From Camelus dromedarius (lineage: Eukaryota): a stretch of 64,000 nt of DNA. The notes below the pieces were generated by a model. That model saw nothing but the letters and a program-made list of their open reading frames with translations, did no database searches and was not told where the DNA came from. Location of the stretch: assembly GCF_036321535.1 (NCBI RefSeq), contig NC_087438.1, positions 1,366,001 through 1,430,000 on the forward strand. The letters run 5' to 3'. Positions 10,946-22,500 of this stretch are shown in pieces. The position numbers were made by a program, and so were the translations under genes. Within the stretch, counting starts at the first letter, position 1. Each line of letters begins with the position of its first letter.

Positions 10946-13129
10946 GGCCTCTGAGCGGCCCGCTCTCGCCGGGGAACGTGTGTCTCTACGTAAACTTGCT
11001 CTCACTTCGCCACGCCTCGCTCTTGGCTTCCTTCCTGCGTGAGGCAAGAAGACGTTCTTCTGTGTGAGGCCGCGTCTCCTTGGCGTGATGTGTTCTGCTG
11101 CTCCAGCAGGAAGTTTGGGTGCAGACAGGTGGCGGGTGAAAGAAAATTATGAAAGCCAGGAACACCAGAAACAGAAACACACGTCTGTACAGGAAGGGAA
11201 ACCACGGGTACTTTGTGCTGCTGGGAGCGTGTGTGCTGGGCCGGGCCGCGGGAAGCCACGGTCCCGAGTCCATTCAGTCCACAGTCTCTTCTAGAATCCG
11301 ATCCCACACCGGCTCAGATGGGCGCTGGGGCGGCCGGTGGCCGGGCGCTGGCCCCCGAAGCGTTCTCTTCACAGCCGCACACCCAGCAGTAGCCTGGTCC
11401 TCAGCGTGGCAGGCAGCCTGGCATCTTCCTCCTAACGGTACTGCTGTCTCTGCTTCTGGGATGAACGCGTGACGGATGCCTCCCGCCGCCCAGACTCCCG
11501 GGTGGACAGGAACCGCCGTCCATCACTCAGCCCCCGGTGCGTTGTCAACGAGATGCAGCCGAGGAATAAATCATGTGTGTTAGCCAGTAAGCTCAGAGAG
11601 AGGGAGGGAGCTGGCTGGCTGGAGTCAGTGGTTTTGGGGTTAGAGGGGTTTGGATGAAGGCAGGGAGGAGCTGTCTTTGTCACTGCTGTCACCGCTGTGT
11701 GGCAGACATCTGCCCGGCTGTCCAGGGCCCTCCGCTCGCTCAGAGGAACAGCTGGAGCCGCGGGCCCTCGGCTCCCCACACACGCTCTGCTCCTGGCATT
11801 GCCAGTGACACTCGCGTGTGTTATCAGGCTGATCCGACTCAACAATTGTTACTTAAAAGATAAAACAAGCATTTGAACAAAAAGAGCTGTTTCTATGAAG
11901 CCCGGGTTCAATGCAATTAATAAAGAAACCTGCTTGAAAAGTTCTTGTTTGTCCTTGAAGGAAATGAAACAGGAGCCGTGGGTGAATCTGGGTCAGGTGT
12001 GCAGCAAAGACAGGAGGCCGTGCAGCGGGTCACCATGGAGGCGTCCGCGGGCCAGGTGTGACACGGCCACCCCGAGGCCCCGGGCAGCCGGGCGGCAGGC
12101 GGACCGGAGGGCGGACGTGCGGGCCTGCGATGCCGCAGGCTTCCCCTTCTCCCGAGAGAGGGAGCTGGTTGGGCTGCTGGCCGGCTGTCTCTGCTCACTG
12201 CTGAGACACTCATTTTCACAAAAACTCTCCCTGAAAGGACACCAGTTATACTGTTGTGGCGAAAAAAATTAGTGACGGCAAAGTGTTCTGAAGCTGAAAG
12301 TCTTCTCGGCAAGAACACACCGTTTAAACCTGAGAGCAGGACCAAGAAGGGTGTGCGTGTTTTCCCAAGTGAAGGCCTCACCTACAGCTTCTGAAGAGCG
12401 TCCCCCTGGTGACTCTTTGGAGCACAGGAGTGGGAAGGTGGGCATGCAAAGGGCTTCCTGCTTAGAGGAGTGAAACCCACCATCACAGGGCCAGCGCTGA
12501 GTCCTTACTGGATAACTGAGCAAGAATCAACCAATGTGAATTTTAATTGGATTAAGACTGAGGTCTGTTAAGAGTGACCTGAGGGAAATATTCCAAAGAT
12601 CCTCCTTTGCAAACTGTTTTTATTCGGATTATAATTCTGTCCCAGCACATCCTGTACCATTAATAGCGACGTTTTCAACTGCTTGTTTCACTCTCTGCCA
12701 GGCGGCGCTCTGGGTGTTTACGTCCATCTCACTGACTAAGATTAGCAGCCCGACCTCGCGGGCGGGAGCCTGGCATGGAGTGTCTGGGCACCGCCAGCAC
12801 ATGAGGGACACTGCACGCGGCGGGGCCAGGGCTCAGGCTGAGGACCCTCCGTCTCCCCTCGCATTTGACTTGACTCAGGAGTGAGTGTGAGCTAAGTTTC
12901 AAATGTCTTGTCAAAACCCCTTCTCAAGAGTCCTTTTAAGAAAACAGCTCTAAATTGTAAGTATACCGTACCTTCCTGAAATTTTTCTGATTTGCTCTCC
13001 TTCCTTCTCCCCAGAGATGCTTCCTTTAAGCTGGGGAAGTGTCTGCAGTCGTTGCGGTCTGTGTGGAGGGAGGATCTGGAAGTGCACCTGTGAAGTGTGT
13101 CATTTATTCGCTTTATGTCGATCAGTTTG

Positions 13130-13250
13130 TCAGATTTACCTGTCTTTCTGCATCGTCATCTGGAATCCACCTCTCTGTCTACCTGTCTCTCCCTTTCTTC
13201 CTGTCTCTCTATCTGTCTACCTACCGACCTACTGACCTACTGTCTGTCTG
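13130..13250. repeat. Degenerate (TCTG/CTAC/TCTA) low-complexity repeat
   Basis: ctgtct, atctgtct, acctac motifs. Confidence 0.6.
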
Positions 13251-13254
13251 TTTG

Positions 13255-13480
13255 GGTTGGCCTCAGTGTTGGAGATTGAGTGATGGACAAAAGAAACACA
13301 TCTTCACCCTCTGTGAGCTTAGATCCTAATACAAAACAAAGATGGTAAACACGATTATACAAATAAAATTCATGGTGATGGCTACCAGGAGGGACGGCAG
13401 GCGCCAGGGTCGGAGGGAGTGGGCCAAGCGGACATGCTGCTGTCTGGGACCGGAGATCGTCAGGAACAGCTTCCTGGGCT
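13255..13480 (-). mobile_element. L2 3' fragment
   Basis: 'gtgttggagat...gatggacaaaagaaacacatcttcaccctctgtgagcttagatcct...gtcaggaacagcttcctgg' resembles the antisense L2 3' region. Confidence 0.55.
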
Positions 13481-13869
13481 GCATCTGTTAGAATTCACTA
13501 GTTACGTCAGCCTGTCTGTCCATCTGCAAAGAACTAGAAAGGCTGAATTAAAATACAGACCATGACAGCAAAGCTGCTTGCAGGCTCGGGGAGCGGCCAC
13601 GCGGCTGGGTGTAGAGGGCCGGGTCCCGGGCAGTGACGGAGCCTGGCTCTCAGGGGCACATTCCCCTCGCGACGTCTGCGTGGGGCAGAGTCAGGAGGGA
13701 CCCGGCACTGCCTGCAGTCTCCACGGGCTGCAGACAAAACTGAAGTGCAAGGTCAGATGCTGCTCCAGATGCTGCTCCGTGCCTCTGTTCTCAGGTGAAT
13801 GTGTGCTTACAACGGTCACACCTTCCTGGTGCAACGGAAGATGTGTAACACGTGCAATGACCCTTTTGC

Positions 13870-14810
13870 CACATGAGAGTGAGCTTGTGTCTCCCGTCAA
13901 GCTCTTGGACAGAAGCCCCTGTTGTCTGATATTAGCAGAGCCAGCCTGGCCTTTTTATGACTGAAGCTGGCCTGGCATTTCCCCCAATCGTTTGCTTTCA
14001 GTCTCTGTGTCCCAGTATTTACAGTGCATCCTTGCTGGACAGAACAGAGTTTTTCTTGCTTAATGTTCAGCCTGACAGTCTCTGCCTTTGATCAGTCCAT
14101 TTACGCCTAGTGTGCTTGTTGGCGTGGTGGCGTCTAGGTCTGCCATTTTGCTGTATGTTGTTTATTTGTCTTACCTGCTTCTGTCCTCCTGCCCCTCTTT
14201 TCCAGTCTCCTCTAATGTTGATCAGCTATTTTTCAGTCTTGGTGGCAGCCATGAGAGTTTACCTGTCAGATCTCTAAGTGCAGAGAGTAACTTGGCTGAG
14301 CCTCCAGCCGCTGCAGCAGACGCCCATCGCGTGCTTGCAGGAGGGCCGCACCCCACAGCCAGCTCCCCATCGAAGAGCGTGGGGCCCTTCCTGCAGGACG
14401 TGGCTCTTCTCGGAGGGGCGGCTTGTGTTTGAGGACCCCCCCCCACTGGTCTTGTCAAAGCTCTATTGGGCCCACGTCACAGTCTAAGGCTTCTGCTCGA
14501 CGTCCCTCCTTCCTTCTCTGGTGCGGAAGGAAGTCTGCGTCGCGATCTGACGGCTCTCCCAGCAGCCTGCTCCCTCAGGGGCACGTTCTCCTAGGAGCCT
14601 CTCCGCAGCCAGGCCCGCCTTGCTGTTTGCTTCCTTCGAGGACTCACGCGGACGTGGCGTTTTATTTTAATTCCGTCACTGACTTTCTAGCTGCGTCTCT
14701 TGGCGGTAGTTCTCAGTTGTTGCTTCAGAGATTACAATGCGCATCTTAAACTGAGTCTGGTCTGCTTGGAGCTAATGTTCAGTTACTTCAGGTAAAACGC
14801 GGAATCCTTA
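13870..14810 (-). mobile_element. Old L1 fragment (ORF2 start and inter-ORF spacer) split by LTR16
   Basis: 'tgtctgatattagcagagccagcctggccttttt', 'cagcctgacagtctctgccttt', 'ggtctgccattttgctg', resuming at about 14660 with 'gttgttgcttcagagattacaatgcgcatctt'. Confidence 0.65.
14240..14655 (+). mobile_element. LTR16-family (ERVL) solo LTR
   Basis: 'tggcagccatg...tcagatct', 'ttcctgcaggacgtgg', 'gaggaccccc', 'cagtctaaggct', 'ctgcgtcgcgatctgacggctctccc', 'tgcttcc..gaggac' match recalled LTR16 motifs in order. Confidence 0.7.
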
Positions 14811-15039
14811 CACTGATGAAACTTGAGGTGATCCATGAAGGACAGACTCAGCGAAGAGAAAGGAAGGCAGGAAGAACTTGCAGGAAGATACTACAACACG
14901 CAGCGGCCCGAGGTGGGGAAGCCCTCGGAGCCGAGTGGGCGAGGAGGGGGGCACGCGGGGGGGGGGGGACCGGGGACGAGGCAAAGTGCCACAGCCAGCA
15001 CGTGGCAGCACCCCGCGTGTGCCCCAGCCACCCGCCGTT

Positions 15040-15190
15040 CCACTGACTCATCCTCGGAGCTGCCAGAGGAAGGGGTTTGTGTTGCTTCCACTTTACAGAT
15101 AGGCACGCAGAGGCTGGCCCACGTGCTCAAGGTCACACAGGGAGGGTGAGGGCCGGGACTGCAGCCCGGTCCAGCCTAGCCATCAGGGGG
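15040..15190 (-). mobile_element. MIR SINE core
   Basis: 'ccactttacagat...cagaggct...tgctcaaggtcacacag...gccgggactgcagccc'. Confidence 0.7.
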
Positions 15191-18100
15191 CTGTTGACGT
15201 GGTCTCGGCCTCTAGGGTGCAGGGGCCAGGCCAGGAGCAATGAAGGAGCCCATTTTTCTTGGCAACTGTGACCAAGCCCCCCGCTTCATCTCCCTCGGCC
15301 CTGTGTATGTGGACGTTCGGTTCCTGAGTCTGGCTATTCCCTGTTGTGTTGCCTCCACTACCAGGCTCCTTAAAACCTGTGCCCTCTACGCAGTTCCGCA
15401 CTCTGCCGCCCAGCACCCCCGACCTGAATTCCTGCCCCAGCCTCCGCCCTGGACTCAGAGCAGTTCACTCCCAGCCCCAGATCTGCTTTGGCCCAAAGGC
15501 AGCGAGAGCCCTGGACACCTGCCCTCAGCACCGTCAGGGAGCAGAGGCCCTAGTCCTGAGCCACGCCAGTGCCGGGGCCGAGAGGCCAAGCCGGGGCCAG
15601 AGGCAGCCCAGCCCTGCCTACAGGAGAGCATGTCTCCACGCCAGCGGTGGGGGGCGCTGTGTCAGGAGGCCTGGGTTGGGGGTCAGCCTAGGGAAGAGGA
15701 AAGTGGGTCCTTGGTCAGCCTGTGCAATCAGAGCTGGGGCGCAGGAGGACGAGCCTCCCCGGAGCCAGGGGAGACCTGGCTGCTGCCCGAGACCCTCCCC
15801 AAGTGCCCCCTCCCCTCGCCCTCCTGCCCTCTGCCGTCCTCTGCACCGGGAGGACTTGGAAAAGTAACTGCCTGCAATTATCCAGAAGGGCAGAGAGGGG
15901 GCAGGCAAGGGCCACGCTTGCCGTTGTTCTCAGCCATTCCCTGGACCTCCTCCCAGAGCAGCCTGGGACAGAAGGAGCTCCACCCCCTCCTTCAGAGTCT
16001 CGGGCGGTGCATCCGCTCACCGCGGCCGACCCGGGAGGCTCGGTCCCGCCGCCCACCTGAGCCCCGGTCTCTCTCTGTCTGCGTCACGTGCAGGCAGACA
16101 GGAGCCGGGCTGTGAGGGCTTCTCCACCTGCCTTGGCGTCCTGTGTCTTGGACACCTGCCCTTCCTCCTGCTTGTGGTTGTCTCTGGTTCATGAAGGACA
16201 GTTCCTCTGGTGAAGCTGCCCCCCCGCCGCCATCCGTGCAGAATTGTATCCAACTCCACACGTCGCACCTTCTTCAGACCTGGGCTCCGGCATCCCCAGA
16301 TTATGCCCCGTAAATGCTGGCTGTGAACTGGATTCTCAGCGCACATAAACCTCGTAAGTGCTGCTTTAAATTTAGTATCTGCCGTTATTAGAAAGAATCA
16401 TGGGAATGGCGGAGGCGTGCTGAAACGCCCCCTGCGATAGCCACCGCTTGCTGCGTCTCTCCTGAGACACCCTCGAGGGTCTGCCTTCGGAAGACGCATC
16501 CCACCACCGTCACTCGCCCCCGGGCCCCGTCGGCCGCCATCACCACCTCACTGTCTTTACTGGAACGATGGTGGTGTACGTCTTGGCTAAAATCCAGGCC
16601 GCCTATCCAGAGACAGCGCCTAAACTAGAGCCAGGCTCTCACTCCTGAGACGCAGCCACTGGGAACCATGGGACAGAGAGATGCTGGAGGCTCGCTCCTA
16701 TTTGAAGGCTCAGAGAGGTTGCAATTACAGCTTCCTGCAGAGATGAAAACACCCCTTAAGTCGCTAACGAGCTCAACGAGGCACAGCTCTGGGCTTTGAG
16801 TCAGTGAGTCTCTCAGCTCCGCATTCGGGTCCCTGTCCTCTTCCTGCGTCCCTTGTCATCACCCTCCCGGTTCAGCACTGTCACACCCCATTAAAGCAGG
16901 CGCACACGCGTGCACACACACACACGCTCACGTGCACGCAGCCGCCCCTGTGTTCCTCACGTGCACAGCCTGCTCCCCTTCCTGGCTTTTCTAAGGACAA
17001 CCTGCCCCCTCCGCGTCTGCGGTGGCTGGGTCGTATCCGTGGGATGTGTTCCTGAGTCTGTCCCCGTCCACCAGGCGGGGGCCCAGCCCCCGCAAGCCCT
17101 GCCCGCGCCCCGTGTCTCCAGCGCAAAGTGTTGCTCGTCCCCCGAGGCTTCTCAGAACAAGTTCAGTGAACAGATGGAACGCGACCCTCAAATAGGGCCT
17201 CTTCCTCGGCCGCGGGGGAGGCGGGAAGCTTCCTGGACGGCGCCTCCGTGCGGAAGGCGCGGGGCACCGCGGCCAAGTGCTGACGGCCAGCCGGGAAAAC
17301 GGCCACTCGGGGCGTTGGGACCTGGTGCAACTGCAGAACTGACGGGGAGTTTAAGAGGGCACACGGGGCACTTGGAGTCTCCATTTCTTAATGTTCTAGT
17401 TTCTCCCTCCTTGGGAAAAAAAAAAAAAGTCCACGCCAACAGGGCCTGAAGCAGAGCAGCGTCACCTTGGCGAGAGCCCCCACCCCTCCTCGGCTGCCTC
17501 CGGTCCGCCCGCCGTACTCTGGAAGCCACGATGTTCAATAATTCAGGAGGAGCGAGAACCGGCACATCTTACGGCATACTTGATGTGCCAGCAGACAGAC
17601 TGCAGGCTGTTTCATTTCAATTAGCCTCTTTGTTGCCAAAAAAAGCCCTACAAACACCCTGCGCCGGGCCGGCCGCCCGCCGCCCAGCCGGCCCCGGCCT
17701 CTCTGCTCCCGCTCCTCCTCGGAGCATCTGCCATTGTTCCCACGGCTGCACCGCCTCACCTGCGATCAAGTGACTTGGCCGGCCCAGAGGTAGGGCCTGG
17801 ATCCGTGTCCAGCCTCCTCTGATCTCCCAGGCTAATTGGCTCAGGTGTAAACCAAGCGAGCAGGGCTGCGACTTTGAAGTGTCTGTGCTGTGCGAGCCCT
17901 GGACCGTCCCCGTCCGTGTGTCAGAAACCAGCGGCCGGGCCTGCCGCTCAGGCCGCTCACAAAAACCCAAGTAATCACGCTGTACTGCAAGGCTCAGTCC
18001 ACGCTGCCTCCGACTGCAAGCTGGTCATTAATTTTGCAGGCTGGACCTGAGCGCGATCTGACCCGGGTTAACAAGAGGGGGCAGGGTATGCAAGGGGCAC

Positions 18101-18809
18101 CGGGGAGGAGGGGGGTAGGGGGACACCAGCTGGTCCTTCTTTGCCCGCCGAGCCCCCACACTTTGATCAATAATGCCATTTCACTTTAAAGGGGGCTCAT
18201 TTTGTCTGGGTGCAGGGACGGCCCCCGCCGTGCGTCTGGGGCCTGCTCGCCCACATGTGCAATTACGGAAAGGTCAGGGGACACTTGTGGCTTGGCAGAT
18301 GTCACTTTTCCTTGGCTCCTTCGAAGGGCGTGTCCACCTCGGGACACAGGGACCTGGTGTTGGCCGCATTCTGGGGATCAGCGACCACTTTAAACGGAAC
18401 AAAAGCACACGAAGCCACTCTGATTTTGCCTGGATTCTCTCCGCTTTTAATGCCCAAACCTACTGCATGAAAACGACGTGGGGGGGTGGCACCCTGTCCA
18501 AAGGCGTCTGGCCACCGGAGAGTCCCCGAATCCCGCTGGCCTTCTGGAAGCTTGTGATGACCTTCTCCCTTCCCCGTCACGCTTCAGGCTCTGCTCTGTG
18601 TCTGGGAGACGCCGAACTCCCTACACTCAGCTCCAACCAAACACGCAGCTCCTTCCAAAATCTCTTTTTGAGACACAGTCCTGAGAAATAGACGTTGATA
18701 TAACGGAGCGGTGTGCTGGGGGCTGGGCGTGGGCTCTGGTGTGACTTGAAGGATGAAACACGGGACTTCTGTGAACTTCTGCACAGGTGGCTGCCCAGCC
18801 AGGCCCGGT

Positions 18810-19185
18810 CAGTGCTCAGGGCCCCTGCTGCCTGGGCCTCAGAGGGGGCCCCCCAGACTGGGCCACGGCACCGGACAGCGTGCCTCTCCCAGTCCTGGGG
18901 CCCAGGAGCCTGAGAGCAAGGTGCCTGAAGGCTGCTTCCTCCCGAAGCCTCCGTCCTGGGCTTGTGGGCCCCGCCTTCCCCGCGTCCTCGGGTCGTCCCT
19001 CTGTGTGTCTGCATCTGGATCTCTGTAAGGACACCAGCCCTCTTGGATCAGGGCCACCCTCATGGCCGCGTTTGACCTTGACCACTTAGTCACGTCTTTA
19101 AATACTCCATCTCCAAATAGAGTCACGTTCTGAGGGACTGGAGGTTAAGGGGTCAACATGCATTTCGGGAACACAGTTCAGCCTA
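18810..19185 (-). mobile_element. MLT1A/B-like MaLR solo LTR
   Basis: 'taaggacaccagc', 'ggatcagggccaccctcatg', 'atctccaaatagagtcacgttctgagggactgg', 'acacagttcagcc'. Confidence 0.85.
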
Positions 19186-19584
19186 GGGCAGTGGGGCAGC
19201 TGGAGAGGCCTGCCCTGGACACAGAACACTGAGTTCTGACATAGCCACAGGCCTGGTCCCCGTCAGGCCAATGGCTACAAAACTGGCCGAAGGAGGAGAC
19301 CTGAGGCCTGGCGTCAGGGGGCCCAGGGCTGCACGTCTGCCAGTGCAGATAGGCCCCTGGTGCCTCTGGAGCAAAGGGGTGCATCTGAGTCCTGGGCCAT
19401 CTCCCTCCGCCAGGCCACCCTCCGGACACCTGCCCAACTCCTGGTGGAAAGGCTATTCAAAATGCAACCCGCAGCACATCAGTGGGTCAAGTTTTCCACT
19501 GCTGTGGGGTCACAGCTTCATGAGTAGCCAGGGCCACGTCCTCTGCGGGGACCAGGGCATCCTGGGCGGGAGGCGCCCGGCACT

Positions 19585-19594
19585 GTGACGTCAC
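19585..19594. promoter_or_regulatory. Perfect palindromic CRE (GTGACGTCAC)
   Basis: Exact CREB/ATF consensus; function unproven. Confidence 0.35.
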
Positions 19595-22500
19595 CTCTTC
19601 TGCCCTGAGCCCGTGTGGGAGCTGCGGATGTTGGCACCGACGGCAGAAGAGGACCCCCGGGGGGAGAGGAAGCCAGGCACAGTACACCAGTCCCCCCAGA
19701 AGTCTCCCTGAGGTACACGTGGCCGCAGGACCCTCAGAGAGGGTCAGAGAGCGTTTTCGGGGAGGGGGCAGGATGATGCCCCTCTTCTGTTGCCGTGGGC
19801 TGGTCCCCCCAGCTCTGCAGGGAGTAAGGCACGGGGTGACACTCCTCCCCTGGTGATTAATGTCAAGTCTAAAACTTATTTCCTCTTCAGTTGTGGTGGT
19901 GGGACAGGGCCCCCCGGTTCTCAGTCCATCTTTCCTTCACAGTCCCATCCCCAAGAAGAAGCCGTCCTCTATGCGTTTATAAGAAAGCACAGGCCCCTCC
20001 TGCGTGCCTGCCTCCCCGCGTCCTCTCGTGATGGAACCGGATGGACGGGGCAGGGGAGCCGGCCGGGAGGGGGCCGCCAGCAAGTGTCAGGCAGAGGTTA
20101 GAACGGCCTCTGGACACAGCGTGGGGGTTCCCGGGGGCCAGGGCGCCCCAGCAAAGACGAGGGAGCCCTCGGCTGACCGTCTCCTGATGAGCAGGGATCA
20201 AGGCACGCAGAGACGCGAGAAGCGGACACAGGGGGAAACGTGTCTCACTTTGCGCCACACTCGCTTCCCTTTGGTGCTGGGAGACATAACCACCATCCCC
20301 GGGGCGGGCGGACGTCCAACCCTCATTCAGGCCTCAGCAGAGCCTGGTGGAGAGGTAGCCCCGGGGTGGCTGTGAGGAAACAGCCCACGCGCACACTTGC
20401 CAGGCCTCTGCGATTCCGGCGCGGGGCCGGCGGGCCTTCCAGTCGCGTGAACGGGTCAGACGCGGAGAAGCAGGCAGATGTAGGTCGGACCCTCCCGCGA
20501 TCATCAGCGCGTTGGCGAGCGTGGCCTCCTTGTTGAATCTGGGGATTGTTTCAGGATAGCGGGAGGATGCATCCTCGGTTTCCACGCTGCTCCCAAGGCA
20601 GCGGCTGTGGGAACAGGGCAGCTAAGTCTGCCCACATCGCTGACACTACCGTCACTTTCCTAAGTTCACGTGATGGACCAAGCAGTCGGGCCGGCCCTGG
20701 TTTGCGGCATTTGCCGATTTTGACAGCATGAGTGCCCCCACCATGCAGATGTCAACCCGCCGCACGACGTCACTGAGGGCAGAATTAGATGCCGGCAGAC
20801 GCCACGATGAATAGATGTACTTCTATCTGCAGACCAGAGACACAAACAACTCAAAGGCCTGGATCATAGCAACACGGTATGCAATGATTAGGGAAGGCTG
20901 AGCTCTGAGTGTTTATCATCAATATTTAGGATATAATTTACTTGCTTCTACACTGAAATCATTTAATCATTGATAATGACTCTTAACCAACTTACCAGAT
21001 TTCCAGAAATTTGCCCTTGGCGCCTGTGGGGTCGTGTGTGCCAGGTGGACAGACTGCACACCTGGAATCGGCCCCTGGGCCCCTCTGACCCCGCGACGCC
21101 TGGGCGTCACTCCCCTGCCCCCAGCCCACTGTGTCTCACGATGCTTTGGTCTGTGAGTGCAAGATCAGTCTTCGACTCCCTGTCCGAAGCACCCAGCAAG
21201 GGTCTGGCCCTGGTCGGGCTGCAGAGTAAGTGAATGGATGGACATCGCCCAGGGTGACACATTCAGGTGACATGTGTCTCAGTTTGGGGAGCAGTGCTGG
21301 TCGGTCTGCAGGTAGAGAAGTCACTGAGGAGAAGACAAATGCCCAGGGGAGCCTGTGGTCCGGGTGAAGGGGGTCAGAGTTCCAAGAGGCAGAGACCCCG
21401 GGCTCCCACGGGGAAGGCTCGCCTGGCCACACTGCTCTGTGGTCCTTACTGGAAACTGCTGTCCAATGCTTGTTCCCAGAAGAGAAGCATTTCCTAGAAT
21501 TTGGTACAAGTCAAAGAAGTGACCGCATCTCCCGACACGGGGCACTGAGAGTTCCAGGAATCAGTGTCTGCGTGGCGAGTGCCGACGGTCGCAACACAGG
21601 GAGCTGAGCAAAAGTGAAACGGAGCCTTTGCATTCCTGAGAGAGGACCAACCCATTTTGACTTTAAAATGGCTGCTTCTCAGCCCCGCGGGGATGCAGCA
21701 GGCGATGCAACCATGTGATGGGAGACTGGAAACAATGCCTTCCAGCGAATCGCCTCACCCCATTGGCGGTCAGGGGAGCAGACCAGGCGCTCAGGGTCGG
21801 CCAGCAGGGGAGCACAGCCCTTGGGCCACGGGTCCCGCCTGCCGTGGGGCAGGGCGGCCAGGGCCCCTGCCGGGCGGGGGGAGGCCCCGCACGCGGGCGG
21901 CAGCCTCTTCCCTCGGTGTCTGCCCGGCGCAGCAGGGGCAGAGGACCCGCGTTCCCCCCGAGGTCCCAGCCAGGCTAGCGCCCCTGCAGGGGCCCCACGT
22001 AGAGGGGCTGCTGCGGTGGAAAGAAGTGAGATGCTGCTGGACTTAGAGGCACATTTAAATACTCAGGACCCGCTCACCTGCTACAGACGTTCCATGTCTG
22101 AAGTTACACCCTTACCAGGAAACGGCACATATGACATCACGTATGCTTCATACTTAGAGCCAAGCAGTTTACCTTTAAAAGTCTACGGGCACCTGTGGTA
22201 AGTGCCCAACTTACTCTGCGGAAAGCGTACTTCCCGCTGGATTATTTCCGGGAGTCAGGCATGAGGCCACCGCCGGGGAGCCGTCTCCACGATCCGCACC
22301 ACGAGATGCGGCGGCTGAAGTGCTCATGGTCTAGCTTAACTGTATGGTTTTCGTCCGCTGCCCCATCAAAACCCACACAGACCATGAAGCAGAGAAGTGG
22401 TTGTTCACTTGGATATTAAGAAACATTTTTTGTCCTTCCTCAAGTAACGCATTTTAAGTGCAGTTAAGGTTTTTATGACCACCGAGACCGACGCATTTCC

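Noticed and set aside
10417..11067. Proline-rich and glycine-rich ORFs up to 216 aa
   Set aside because: Open in several frames on both strands because of the C-rich repeat
15240..16115. 291-aa ORF (also 40501-41376, 46051-46805 and 47673-48386)
   Set aside because: No recognisable domain, Pro/Gly/Ser/Arg-rich composition expected by chance in GC-rich DNA, and no exon structure
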